From NCBI GenBank assembly GCA_963716395.1, contig OY970309.1:2496001-2560000 (forward strand): DNA of 64,000 nucleotides, in the 5' to 3' direction. Origin of the DNA: an uncultured Fibrobacteria bacterium. Its GTDB lineage: Bacteria > Fibrobacterota > Fibrobacteria > UBA11236. Below, one piece after another: positions 31,001-40,870 of the stretch (the stretch's first letter is position 1; every line of letters begins with the position of its first letter). The notes under the pieces were generated by a model that worked only from the letters and a program-made list of their open reading frames with translations, did not search any database and had not been told where the DNA came from. The position numbers and the translations under genes were made by a program.

Positions 31001-32950
31001 TTGCGCGGCATCGGTTCCAAGCGCCTCCAGGCCTTGGAGGCCGCCGGAATCGCGACGCTGCGCGACCTAGTCTATACCTTACCCAAACGTTACCTCGATC
31101 GCACCCGCCTCATGCCCCTCGCGACGCTGCGCGAAGGCGATGAGGCTTTTTTCGCCGCGGAAATTCTCGCGACCACGCCCGCCCCCTCGCGGCTCATCGT
31201 GCGCGTGTCGGATGGGGACGGCGAAATCGACCTGGTGTTCTTTCGCGGCCTCGTCTATTTGCGCCCCCGGTTGTTGCCGGGGTTGCGCTTGGCGGTGGCG
31301 GGCACCGTTACGCGCTTCCGCGAATTGCAAATCGCCCATCCCGAATGGGAGATTCTGGCCGCAGGCGAAGCGCCGCGCGGCGGCCTGCTGCCGGTTTACG
31401 CCTTGCATGAAGCCTGGGCCCCCGCGCGCCTGGATCATCGCCGCCTGCAGCAGGCGGCCCTCGAAGCCCTGGAGCGTTTCGAATTTTCCGATCCGCTGCC
31501 GGCCCCCGAACGGGCCTTCCTGCGCCTGCGAAGCGAAAAAGAAGTATTACAACTATTACATAACCCGCCTGCGCTCGACGCCGTCGCCGCCGCATTCGCG
31601 GAAATCAAGACGCGCGAACTGTGGCCCTTGTGCCGCAAACTCGAATCGGCCCGCCGCGCGCGGCGGGGACGGGGGAGAAGCTTCGCGTCCGCGCCGGAAA
31701 CGGAACAGGCCGCGCGGTCGGCCCTGGGGTTTTCCTTGACCGCCGGCCAGGAAGAAGCCTTGCGCCGCATCGGCGCGGCCTGGGAGCAACCGGCCGAGTT
31801 CTACGGTTTGCTGCAAGGTGACGTGGGCTCGGGAAAGACCGCGGTGGCCCTGTTGGCGGCTTTGCGGGTCACCTCGGCCGGGGCCCAAGCGGCGCTTTTG
31901 GCGCCCACCGAAATTCTGGCCGCGCAGCATTTCCGCACGGCGATGGAGATCTTTCCGGCCACCGGAACGGAAATCGCGCTTTTGACCGCGTCCACGCCGC
32001 CCGCGGAACGGGTGCGCATTTTGGACGGCTTGCGATCGGGGGCGCTGCGGCTGGTGGTGGGAACCCATGCCCTGCTCGCCTCCGACGTGCTTTTTCACGA
32101 GCTGCGATTCCTCATCATCGACGAGCAGCATCGCTTCGGGGTGGATCAGCGTTCCGCCCTGGCCGCCAAAGGCCTCGAGCCCCACGTGCTTCTGCTCTCG
32201 GCCACCCCCATCCCGCGCACCTTGGCGCAATCGTTGTACGGCGATCTCGACGTCATCGCCCTGACGGAAAAACCACCCGGCCGGCTGCCGGTGAAAACCC
32301 GACTGGTTCCCGCCGACAAGGTTCCCGAAATGCTGGGCTTTCTGCGGCGTGAAACCCAAAACGGCAACCAGGCGTATTGGGTGGTGCCGCGCATTGAAGC
32401 CGGCGATGCGGATTTTGGCGGCGAGGCCGGCGTCGAAACGGCCGTGCGGCGCCTGCGCAGCTTTTCCTCCGACTGGCGTGTCGAGGCGGTGCATGGCCGG
32501 GTGCCCGCCGAGGCGCGTGAGCGCGCGTTGGCCGATTTTCGGGCCGGGGCGGTGCAGGCCTTGGTGGCCACCACGGTGATCGAAGTCGGCGTCGACGTGC
32601 CGGCTGCCAACCTCATGGTGGTCGAAGGCGCGGAGCGATTCGGGCTGGCGCAATTGCACCAGTTACGCGGCCGGACGGGCCGGGGCCACCAGCAGGCCTG
32701 GTGTTTTTTGCTGGCGCCCGAATCCGGGTGGCCCGACGACGCGGCCGGACGGCTGCGGGAATTCGCGGCGGTGGAAGACGGCTTTCGCATCGCCGAATTG
32801 GATTTGCAACGCCGCGGCGCCGGTAACCTCGATGGGACGCAACAAAGCGGTTTCGGTAACCTGCGTTTCGCCGATGTATTGACGGATGCGGATTTACTGC
32901 GATCCCTGCGCGCCCGCGCCGCGATCTGGCTGGACGCTCCGGCGGCTTGA
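31001..32950 (+). CDS. recG: ATP-dependent DNA helicase RecG (start may be CTG at 30983)
   Basis: QGDVGSGKT, DEQHRFGV, SATPIPRT, ERFGLAQLHQLRGRTGRG, DGFRIAELDL..RG. Confidence 0.96.
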   Translation: MRGIGSKRLQALEAAGIATLRDLVYTLPKRYLDRTRLMPLATLREGDEAFFAAEILATTPAPSRLIVRVSDGDGEIDLVFFRGLVYLRPRLLPGLRLAVAGTVTRFRELQIAHPEWEILAAGEAPRGGLLPVYALHEAWAPARLDHRRLQQAALEALERFEFSDPLPAPERAFLRLRSEKEVLQLLHNPPALDAVAAAFAEIKTRELWPLCRKLESARRARRGRGRSFASAPETEQAARSALGFSLTAGQEEALRRIGAAWEQPAEFYGLLQGDVGSGKTAVALLAALRVTSAGAQAALLAPTEILAAQHFRTAMEIFPATGTEIALLTASTPPAERVRILDGLRSGALRLVVGTHALLASDVLFHELRFLIIDEQHRFGVDQRSALAAKGLEPHVLLLSATPIPRTLAQSLYGDLDVIALTEKPPGRLPVKTRLVPADKVPEMLGFLRRETQNGNQAYWVVPRIEAGDADFGGEAGVETAVRRLRSFSSDWRVEAVHGRVPAEARERALADFRAGAVQALVATTVIEVGVDVPAANLMVVEGAERFGLAQLHQLRGRTGRGHQQAWCFLLAPESGWPDDAAGRLREFAAVEDGFRIAELDLQRRGAGNLDGTQQSGFGNLRFADVLTDADLLRSLRARAAIWLDAPAA

Positions 32951-33093
32951 CGCCGGTTCCCGGGAAAAAACTCCACCAAAAATCCTGGCGGATCAAGTTC
33001 ATGGGGTCGCCCTGCGACGGCCAAGCGGGTTTTCAACACCGGTTTAGTAAATGTGGATTATCGCGTTTTGATTTTTAATTCAAAAAAAGCCAT

Positions 33094-33157
33094 TAAACAT
33101 CAATAAACATGAAATGTTTAAAAAATGTTGGTTTCTAAAACTCAACAAAAACATCAA
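33094..33157. promoter_or_regulatory. AT-rich upstream region of the eCIS operon with direct and inverted TAAACAT boxes
   Basis: TAAACAT at 33094 and 33104, inverted ATGTTTA at 33114, ATGTTG at 33125, AAACATCAA at 33149. Confidence 0.5.
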
Positions 33158-33219
33158 ATCAACTTTGTATTGTTACCAACACCGAATCGGAAAACGAAAT
33201 CGCAACCAGGAGAACGTGC

Positions 33220-34833
33220 ATGCCCACTTATTTGCATCCCGGTGTTTACGTCGAGGAGATCCCGAGCGGATCCAAGCCCATCGAAGGCGTCGGCACTTCG
33301 GTCGCCGCCTTCGTGGGTTACACCCTGCAAGGCCCCATGGACGAGCCCACTTTGATTTCGACGTGGGACGAGTATGAAAAAATTTTCGGGGGCATTCAGG
33401 ATGATGTTCCCGACAGCACCCTGGGGTTGCGAGATCCGATGGGCCACAGCGTGTACGCTTTTTTCCAGAACGGCGGCACCAGCGCCTATATCGTGCGCAC
33501 CACGGTAAAGGATTCCTCGGCGACCTCCGTCGGCAGCATCAACGACGGCGGATCACCGGCCACCAATTATGTCACCTTCACGGTGGCGAACCCGGGAAAG
33601 TGGGGTGATCACTTGAGGGTACGCATCACCCCGAAAGGTACGGTAGCTTCGCCGCCGGCATTCACAGGAACCACCCATTTCACCGTGGTCGTGGGCGAAG
33701 TCGACGACTCCGGAAATAATTTTTCGGCATTGGAAACTTACGGCGATGTCACCTTCGGCGGTTCCGACTCCACCAATATCGATCATGTCATCAGCGATGC
33801 TTCGAGCTTGATTCAGGTAGAGACCGCAGACGCCACCAATGCCTTGTCAAAGCTGGGGAGTCTGTACGCGACCGGGATCGCAGCCACGCCGCCTCAGAGC
33901 TACGTCGAGGTTTCCTTCGCCAACGGCGGCAACGGCACCCTTCCGGATCAAACCGCCTACGACAACGTCTTTGCGCTTTTCACCAAGATCCGCGACATCA
34001 ATATCATTCTCTTGCCGGGACAGGTCTGGCCTGACGGATCGGGCAATGCGGTGATCTCTTCGGCGATTTCGCATTGCGAAAGCATGAAAAGCCGCATGGT
34101 GCTGGTCGACGTGCACCAATCCAGCCTGCTTGGCGATGAGGAGACGGTCACCAACCTCTCGCTGCCCACCGACACCTATTGCGCTCTTTACTATCCGTGG
34201 GTCAAAGTGGCGAATCCGTTCTATAATCCCGACACCAATCCCGGCGCCGAACACACCGTCCTGGTGGCGCCTTCGGCTTTCGGCGCCGGCATGTGGGCCC
34301 GCACTGACGGCCGCCGCGGCGTATGGAAGGCCCCGGCCGGAGTGGAGACTTCACTTTTGGGCGTGGCCGGGCTCGAATTCACCGTCGAAGACGCGGAGCA
34401 GGATTACCTGAACCCGCTGGGTGTGAACGCGCTGCGGAAACTTCCCGGTTACGGCTCGGTGATTTGGGGCGCGCGCACCCTGGCCACCAAGGCCGATCCC
34501 GAGTGGCGCTACATTCCCGTGCGCCGCACCGCCATCTTCATTGAGCAAAGCGTGTATAACGGCATCCAATGGGCCGTGTTCGAACCCAATGACAGCCGCC
34601 TGTGGTCGGCCCTGCGGGTCAACATCGAATCGTTCATGAACGGACTCTTCCGCGCCGGCGCCTTTCAGGGCGACACGGCGGGCGACGCGTATTTCGTGCG
34701 CTGCGGCCTGGGTTCGACCATGGTGCAAGGCGACATCGATCGCGGCCAGGTGATCGTGGTCGTGGGCTTCGCGCCTTTGAAACCCGCCGAATTCGTGATC
34801 GTGAGAATCCAACAACAAGTTGCACAGCAATAA
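33220..34833 (+). CDS. Contractile tail sheath protein (Afp2/3/4-like)
   Basis: MPTYLHPGVYVEEIPSG, FFQNGG, ALYYPWV, RGVWKAPAG, WRYIPVRR, WAVFEPN, GFAPLKPAEFVIVRI. Confidence 0.96.
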   Translation: MPTYLHPGVYVEEIPSGSKPIEGVGTSVAAFVGYTLQGPMDEPTLISTWDEYEKIFGGIQDDVPDSTLGLRDPMGHSVYAFFQNGGTSAYIVRTTVKDSSATSVGSINDGGSPATNYVTFTVANPGKWGDHLRVRITPKGTVASPPAFTGTTHFTVVVGEVDDSGNNFSALETYGDVTFGGSDSTNIDHVISDASSLIQVETADATNALSKLGSLYATGIAATPPQSYVEVSFANGGNGTLPDQTAYDNVFALFTKIRDINIILLPGQVWPDGSGNAVISSAISHCESMKSRMVLVDVHQSSLLGDEETVTNLSLPTDTYCALYYPWVKVANPFYNPDTNPGAEHTVLVAPSAFGAGMWARTDGRRGVWKAPAGVETSLLGVAGLEFTVEDAEQDYLNPLGVNALRKLPGYGSVIWGARTLATKADPEWRYIPVRRTAIFIEQSVYNGIQWAVFEPNDSRLWSALRVNIESFMNGLFRAGAFQGDTAGDAYFVRCGLGSTMVQGDIDRGQVIVVVGFAPLKPAEFVIVRIQQQVAQQ

Positions 34834-34848
34834 CCCAGGAGCCACGCC

Positions 34849-35358
34849 ATGCCCGCACCGTTATTCACCGTCAACGCCTACCGCTACGACCCGTACCGCA
34901 CCTTCAAGTTCCAGATTCTCATCGACGGCAAACCCGTGGCCGGCCTGAAGAAAATGGGCGCCCTGAAAAAGAAAACCGAGGTGGTCAAATGGCGCACCGC
35001 CGGCGACCCTTCCAGCGAACGCCTATTGCCCGGCGGCACGAGTTGGGAACCGGTGGCGCTGGAACAGGGGCTGACCCATGATCCGGTGTTCGAGAACTGG
35101 GCCAACCTGGTCAACAATATCCAGGGCGATGCGGCCATGTCGCTCAAGAACTTCCGCAAAGATCTGGTCATCAATGTGCTCAACCTGCAAGGGCAGGTGG
35201 CCATTGCCTACAAGCTGTTCCGCGCCTGGGTGTCGGAATACCAGAGCCTGCCTGACTTCGACGCCGGCACGGTGAACGCGGTGGGCATTCAAACCATCAC
35301 CTTGCAACATGAGGGCTGGGAACGCGACGCCACCGTGCCCGAGCCGACCGAGACTTGA
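34849..35358 (+). CDS. Tail tube protein (T4 gp19 / Afp1-5-like)
   Basis: DPYRTFKF, LEQGLT, FRKDLVI, YKLFRAWVSEY, TITLQHEGWE. Confidence 0.95.
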   Translation: MPAPLFTVNAYRYDPYRTFKFQILIDGKPVAGLKKMGALKKKTEVVKWRTAGDPSSERLLPGGTSWEPVALEQGLTHDPVFENWANLVNNIQGDAAMSLKNFRKDLVINVLNLQGQVAIAYKLFRAWVSEYQSLPDFDAGTVNAVGIQTITLQHEGWERDATVPEPTET

Positions 35359-36188
35359 TCGACCGACGGCAGGCGAACATGCAGTTGCCCGGCGGATGGT
35401 GGGAAAACGGGCGGCGCCGGCGGGATTTTTCCTTCCGCGGCGTGAACGGCGCATTGGAACTGGCCCTGAACGAAGCCGTCGAAAGTGCCGCGTCCTGGCC
35501 CCAAGCCGTAACTTTGGCGTTAACCGCGGCTTTGGACCAATTGGGAGGCCGTTCCGCCGACCCCGCCGCCGTGGCCGGGCTGTGCGTGGCCGACCGCCAT
35601 TTTCTGCTGCGCCGATTACAAATCCACCTCGGCGAGGCGGAACTCTGGCGCCAGGGCGTATGCACGGCCTGCGGCGCCGCCTTTGACTTTCATGTGAGCT
35701 TGGAGGCGTTGCCGGTGGCCGAAGCCGGCGGGGAATTCCCTTTCGCAACCCTGCGCCGGGAAAACCGGGTGTTGCGCTTTCGCCTGCCTACCGGCGCGGA
35801 TCAAGAGGTCGTGGCCGGCCGCGACGATGAAGACGGCGCGCGTCGGGAATTGCTGCGCCGCTGTTGGGTCGCGGAGGGGGAAAGTGATCAGAACGCGGAT
35901 GCGGCCTTCGCGGCCGCGGCCTGGGAGCAAATCGAAGCGGCTTTGGAAGAGGTTTCTCCGGCCGTGATCACCGAAGCCGCGGCGGCCTGCCCCCAATGCG
36001 GGGCCGAAAACCGCGTGGAATTGGATCCCACCGACCTGCTGCGCCGCGGTACCGACCCGCTCTTGCGCGAAGTGCATCAATTGGCCTTGCATTACCACTG
36101 GAGCGAGGCCGACATCCTGGAATTACAGCGTCCGCGACGCCGGCGCTATCTCCACCTCATCGATCAGGCCCGGGGCTTTTCCGGCTAG
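35355..36188 (+). CDS. Tail-assembly chaperone-like eCIS protein with a C-terminal DUF6760-like motif
   Basis: L.VADR.FLL, two CxxC, FRLPTGADQ, EVHQLALHYHWSEADIL..RRRY. Confidence 0.75.
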   Translation: MIDRRQANMQLPGGWWENGRRRRDFSFRGVNGALELALNEAVESAASWPQAVTLALTAALDQLGGRSADPAAVAGLCVADRHFLLRRLQIHLGEAELWRQGVCTACGAAFDFHVSLEALPVAEAGGEFPFATLRRENRVLRFRLPTGADQEVVAGRDDEDGARRELLRRCWVAEGESDQNADAAFAAAAWEQIEAALEEVSPAVITEAAAACPQCGAENRVELDPTDLLRRGTDPLLREVHQLALHYHWSEADILELQRPRRRRYLHLIDQARGFSG

Positions 36189-36205
36189 GGCGCTCAGGCA
36201 AGACC

Positions 36206-37282
36206 ATGGGAATTTTATCCGCCGCCGTGCGCGAAGCCCGCCGTTCACAACCGCCCCCGGCGGGGCGGACGTATGCGGCGGCGTCCGCCGTAACTTCGGC
36301 ATTTACCTTGCCCGACGCGGCCGCCACGGCGGAAGCCTCCCTGTCGGTGACGCCAACGCAGAACTTTCAGAAGGAGGGGCGGTTTACGCCCCGAGAGGTG
36401 CCGTCGGACTCGCAGGCTTGGCAAGGCGCTGAGCCGCGGGTTCCCGGCCCATTAAAGGCAGAGTCCGGCCGCACGCCGGGTTCCTCTGCCGTGGATTCGG
36501 AAACGGATCGTCGTATGCATTCCGTGTGGCCTAGTACAAGGGAAGATGATAAGCGGTTGCAGCTTCCTGAAGTCTCAACTCCGTTGGATTCGTTCAATCG
36601 TCCGGTTTCGTCTGCGAGTATTCGCGGTGTGCCGTCTGTGATTGGCTCCGAGTCTGTGGACGTTCCTTCAGATCGAGATGCAAATTTGCCGATGCATGGA
36701 CCTGAGGAAAAGCTGTTGGGACGGCTTCCGGGCCCAGGCACCCCTTCTGAACCTTTCCCCGGCGCTGATTCGGCCGGGCTTTCGCGGCCTGCGGCCGACG
36801 CGTCGTTCCGGGTCGAGTCGCGGCCCGCGGAGGGCGCTGCGCGCAGCCCCACGGAAGCCGAAGCGCCGGCGCCCCGTTCCCCCGAGACCGCCGCCGGTTC
36901 CGTAACTCCGAAGATACGTACGGATTCCGCGGCCTCGCCGCCGCTTCCGCCAGCCGCGGCTTCCGTCTTGCCGGCGTCTCCCATAGCGGCGGTCCGGCCC
37001 GCGCCGGTGCCGAGCCCTTTGCGCCCGGCGGCCGGACCGGCCTTTCCGGCCGCACAAATCGAAGCGTGGGAGCATCGCCTGCAAGCTTTGGCCGATCGCC
37101 TCGAGGCCGTGGCCGGCCGCGAAATCGGCCGGCGGCTGCCGGGTTCCGCCGTCGCCTCGGGGCCGGTGGTGCGCATCGGCCAGGTCGACGTGTTCATCAC
37201 CGCGCCGGTCGTTCCGGCCAAGCCGGCGGCCGCGCAATCGGATCGCGCCTTCCTGAGCCGCAACTATTTGAGGCGGGTTTGA
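36206..37282 (+). CDS. Pro/Ala/Ser-rich eCIS-associated protein
   Basis: Low complexity with C-terminal VRIGQVDV. Occupies the position after the chaperone. Confidence 0.65.
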   Translation: MGILSAAVREARRSQPPPAGRTYAAASAVTSAFTLPDAAATAEASLSVTPTQNFQKEGRFTPREVPSDSQAWQGAEPRVPGPLKAESGRTPGSSAVDSETDRRMHSVWPSTREDDKRLQLPEVSTPLDSFNRPVSSASIRGVPSVIGSESVDVPSDRDANLPMHGPEEKLLGRLPGPGTPSEPFPGADSAGLSRPAADASFRVESRPAEGAARSPTEAEAPAPRSPETAAGSVTPKIRTDSAASPPLPPAAASVLPASPIAAVRPAPVPSPLRPAAGPAFPAAQIEAWEHRLQALADRLEAVAGREIGRRLPGSAVASGPVVRIGQVDVFITAPVVPAKPAAAQSDRAFLSRNYLRRV

Positions 37283-37285
37283 ACC

Positions 37286-38305
37286 ATGGCCTTGGTGGCG
37301 TCGTCGTTGTCGCAGATCTGCAAGGCCATTTCGAGCTTTGTCAGCGCGGGCCTGAACACGGGCGGGGTCACCGTGTTCGTGACCTTGGGCAACCCCGGCG
37401 AATCCGTGGCGGGAGAAAGCGAAGGCCACCGCCTCAACCTGTTCTTCTTCCGCTTCGAAACCTATCAGTTCAACGCCGACGTGCTGCCGGGTGAGAATTT
37501 GCTGATGCGCATGCATTGCATCGTCACGCCCTTCGCCGTGCTCGAAGACAGCATCAGCGCGGGCGAAAACGATTTGCGGCTGGTGGGCGAAGTGCTGCGC
37601 ATCTTCCACGAACAGCCGGTGTTCCTGCTCAGCGCCGACTCCCAGCAATTCGAAGTGCAGGTGATTCTGCAAAACCTGGGATTGGATCAAATCAACCAGC
37701 TTTGGTCCACGCAAGGCGAAACCCTGTACCGCCCGTCGCTGTTATACGAAGTGTCGCTGGCGCCGGTGATCCCCAACAAAAAATCGGTGACCGCTCCCTT
37801 GGCCGGCGCCTTGGGCCTCGACGTCGAAGCCGATTTGGAGACGGTCGCGACGGGCAGCGTTGCGGCCGCGCCGCCGGACGTGGCGGCCGCGCGGGTCGAC
37901 ACCGCCCGCGAGGAGTGGGCGCCGCTCATTGCGTTCGTGTCGGGAGGCGCCTGCCTACAATCGGTGAGCTTCGCCCTGGGCAGCCCAGAGCTGTCCGCGT
38001 TCACGCCGGCGGTGTGGATTGCGGGGTTGTTGGGGGCCGCCGTGCAATTGCGCTGGGATGTCTGGGATTCGGTTTCGGGTTGGCAGACGCAGAGCAGCAC
38101 CACGCCCGCGACGGTTGCGACCGCGTCTCTGGATCCGGCGCAGGCCGCCTCGGCGACCACCGTTACCGCGGCGCTACCCTTTACCGAACATGCGGGCCAG
38201 GCCGTGCTCTATGCCGTGCGCAGCTATGCGCGCGGTTTTGACGGAACCAGCGTGACCGTGCGCAGCAACCCCTTACTGGTCAATCTGTACGCGGGGGGGC
38301 CATGA
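37286..38305 (+). CDS. DUF4255/Pvc16-like cap (tail terminator) protein with a C-terminal extension
   Basis: RLNLFFFR, LVGEVLRIFHEQP, QLWS...YRPSLLYEVS. Confidence 0.85.
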   Translation: MALVASSLSQICKAISSFVSAGLNTGGVTVFVTLGNPGESVAGESEGHRLNLFFFRFETYQFNADVLPGENLLMRMHCIVTPFAVLEDSISAGENDLRLVGEVLRIFHEQPVFLLSADSQQFEVQVILQNLGLDQINQLWSTQGETLYRPSLLYEVSLAPVIPNKKSVTAPLAGALGLDVEADLETVATGSVAAAPPDVAAARVDTAREEWAPLIAFVSGGACLQSVSFALGSPELSAFTPAVWIAGLLGAAVQLRWDVWDSVSGWQTQSSTTPATVATASLDPAQAASATTVTAALPFTEHAGQAVLYAVRSYARGFDGTSVTVRSNPLLVNLYAGGP

Positions 38306-39663
38306 TCGCGCCCACCCCGAAAGCTTCCCCCCTGGATAAAACGACCGCCGCGGATTTGCTCCCGGAATGGGAACGCCTGCAATTCCTGGGTTTTTGCCTG
38401 TCGCAAACCCGCCTGGGGCGGGAAATCCAGGCAACGGAACTGCGCCGCCTGCAGGAGTTGCAAAGCCAGGTCGACCAAGCGCGCGGCGACGGGGTGTGGA
38501 CGGCGGTACTGCCTGCGCCGTCGGCGGCTTTGTCGCCGCTCGAACTCGACGTGCTGGCTTGTGTGGTGGGCCCCGAAGTGGAGCCGCGTTTGGGTTGGAT
38601 GTATCAAACCCTGCAGCCGGGTATGGCGCACCCCTACCCGTCACGAGCCCTCATTCAGGAATTGCTGGCGCTGGATTCGCCCTGGGTGGAAAAACTGCAC
38701 GGGGCGCTGCTGCCGTCGGCGCCGCTGTGCGCCGGCCGATTGATCCGCGTCGAAGGCGAGCATCCCTACAAGCCCCTGACGCCCGAGCCGTGGATTGCGG
38801 CGCGCATTCTGGGCCGCGCCCAAAGCGATCCCCCGCCTCCCGGGGCCGTGGCCGTCAAGGTGCAGGCCACCTGGGAGACCTTGGTGTTACCCCCGTCGCG
38901 CAAGGCCATGCTGCGCGAATTCCTGTTATGGATCCGCCATCGCGAACGCGTGGTGAACCAATGGGGCGGCGGGGCGGTGGGCGGACCGGTGGCGCTGTTC
39001 TCGGGTCCGTCGGGCACGGGCAAAACTCTGGCGGCCTCGGTGATCGCGTCGGAATTGGGATGGCCCCTGTACCGCGTGGATCTCGGCCGGCTGGTGAGCA
39101 AATACATCGGCGAAACCGAGCAGAACCTGAACGCGCTTTTCGAAGCGGCGCATGGCCGGCCCATGGTCTTGCAATTCGACGAGGCCGACAGCCTATTCGC
39201 CAAACGCGGCGACGTGAAGGAAGCGCGCGATCGCTACGCCAACATGGAAGTCAGCCATTTGCTGGCCCGCATCGAGTCGCATGACGGCCCCTGCATTCTC
39301 ACCACCAATTTGCGCAAGCAATTGGATTCGGCGTTTTCGCGCCGCTTCCAGATGGTGCTGGAATTCCCGCGGCCCGACGCCCGTTCGCGCGCCCTCCTCT
39401 GGGCGCAATTGCTGCCGCCGCGCGCGCCGCGCGCTCCCGAAGTCGATCCGGAATTTTTAGGCTCGTCCGCCAGCCTGACCGGCGGTGGCATCCGCAATGC
39501 GGCCTTGCACGCCGCCTACATGGCCGCCGATCAAGACGGCCGCATCGAACTGCGTCATGTGGCGCTGGCGGTGTGGCGCGAAATCACCAAGGAAGGCCGC
39601 GAAGCTTCGTTTCAGGAGTTGGGGCCCTTGGCCGCGCATTTGCCGGAGAACCTGTATGATTGA
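38302..39663 (+). CDS. AAA+ ATPase (Afp15/Pvc15-like)
   Basis: ALFSGPSGTGKT, VSKYIGETEQNL, FDEADSLFAKR, DRYANMEV, LTTN..LDSAFSRR. Confidence 0.93.
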   Translation: MIAPTPKASPLDKTTAADLLPEWERLQFLGFCLSQTRLGREIQATELRRLQELQSQVDQARGDGVWTAVLPAPSAALSPLELDVLACVVGPEVEPRLGWMYQTLQPGMAHPYPSRALIQELLALDSPWVEKLHGALLPSAPLCAGRLIRVEGEHPYKPLTPEPWIAARILGRAQSDPPPPGAVAVKVQATWETLVLPPSRKAMLREFLLWIRHRERVVNQWGGGAVGGPVALFSGPSGTGKTLAASVIASELGWPLYRVDLGRLVSKYIGETEQNLNALFEAAHGRPMVLQFDEADSLFAKRGDVKEARDRYANMEVSHLLARIESHDGPCILTTNLRKQLDSAFSRRFQMVLEFPRPDARSRALLWAQLLPPRAPRAPEVDPEFLGSSASLTGGGIRNAALHAAYMAADQDGRIELRHVALAVWREITKEGREASFQELGPLAAHLPENLYD

Positions 39664-39889
39664 TATCACGCGTCTCCGCCTGCACTTGCCCGCGGGCTTC
39701 GAGCGCCGCGCCGCGCGCATCGCGCGCCTGGTGGGCGACGAACTGGCGCGCCTGCCGGTTGCTTCCGAAGTCCACGCGGATTCGCTGCATGTGCGCGGAC
39801 TCGAAATTTCCCCCGCGCTGTCGGACCGCCGCGCGGCGGCCCGCATCGCCTCCGCCATCCACCGCCAAGCCCAGGCACCGCAAGGTTAG
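39656..39889 (+). CDS. Small eCIS-associated hypothetical protein
   Basis: MIDITRLRLHLPAGFERRAARIARLVGDELA... Overlaps the ATPase stop. Confidence 0.65.
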   Translation: MIDITRLRLHLPAGFERRAARIARLVGDELARLPVASEVHADSLHVRGLEISPALSDRRAAARIASAIHRQAQAPQG

Positions 39890-39925
39890 ACGATGATAGT
39901 CCCGACGATGAAAGGAAAATGCTGA

Positions 39926-40576
39926 ATGGCCGCCAATGTCACCAAGGGATTTCTCGTTGAGTATGCGCTGGCCTTGCCGCCGCTGGTTTTGGTGTTCGAT
40001 TTCAACCCGCAAACCCTGGCGCGCAACCGCAGCATCACCATCACCACGGGCAGCACGCCGGCCACGCGCGGCGGCTACGACTTCGCCTTGCCCACGGAAA
40101 CGCCGCGGGTGGCGCAGGGCGTGTCGGTGGATCCCGAAAGCTTCGACGTCGACATTCTCCTCGACGCCACCGATCGCATGGAAACCGGCGATCCCATCGC
40201 CACCCAATTCGGCATCGAACCCGAGCTCGATACCTTGCGTTCCTTGGTGGAACCGAAAACCCAGGGTCCGGGCGGCTTTCAGATGCTGTCGAGCCTGGGC
40301 CTGGGCGGCGGCCGCGCCTTCCAGCGCTCCGAGTGCCCGTCGGTGGTGCTGTTCGTTTGGGGAACGCACGTGTTACCCATTTTTTTGAAAGGCATCGACG
40401 TGAGCGAAACCGCGCACATGCCCTCGCTCATTCCTTACCGCGCCACGGTGAAGCTGTCGATGCAGGTCATCGAAGGCAACAACCCGTTCTATACCGCCGA
40501 GAAAATCCGCCAGGTGGCGGGTGCGGCGCTGAACACGGGCCGCACCGTGGGCGTCGCCGTCGGAGGGCTCTTGTAA
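39926..40576 (+). CDS. Tube initiator / CIS tube-like protein (Afp7 N-terminal-like)
   Basis: FDFNPQTLAR, LDATD, P.VLFVWG...P, IPYRATV.LSM. Confidence 0.8.
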   Translation: MAANVTKGFLVEYALALPPLVLVFDFNPQTLARNRSITITTGSTPATRGGYDFALPTETPRVAQGVSVDPESFDVDILLDATDRMETGDPIATQFGIEPELDTLRSLVEPKTQGPGGFQMLSSLGLGGGRAFQRSECPSVVLFVWGTHVLPIFLKGIDVSETAHMPSLIPYRATVKLSMQVIEGNNPFYTAEKIRQVAGAALNTGRTVGVAVGGLL

Positions 40577-40578
40577 CC

Positions 40579-40869
40579 ATGTTCAGCAAAGGCTCCCGCT
40601 ATGAAAACGCGCGTCCCTTCGCGGACGCCGCCGACGGTTCCACGGTTTTTTCCGGCGTGCGGGCGCGCGCCATCGGCCCGGCCACGGGCGTGGTGGAATA
40701 CGTGGTCAAGGCCGGAGACCGGCTCGACCTCTTGGCCCGCCACTTCTACAACAACCAACTCCTGTGGTGGCGCATCCTCGACGCCAATCCCGATTTGATC
40801 TTCGGCGGCGATCTCCAACTGGCGGATTCCGAAGGCGAAACCATTCTCATTCCCAAGGCCAAGGAATAG
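40579..40869 (+). CDS. LysM-like baseplate glue protein
   Basis: SRY, VKAGDRLDLLARHFY...WWRILDANP, G..ILIP. Confidence 0.85.
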   Translation: MFSKGSRYENARPFADAADGSTVFSGVRARAIGPATGVVEYVVKAGDRLDLLARHFYNNQLLWWRILDANPDLIFGGDLQLADSEGETILIPKAKE

Positions 40870-40870
40870 C

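Noticed and set aside
28717-32966. GGTTCCCGGGAA occurring after both ffh and recG
   Set aside because: Only two short GC-rich palindromic copies, which is not enough to call a repeat family or operator.
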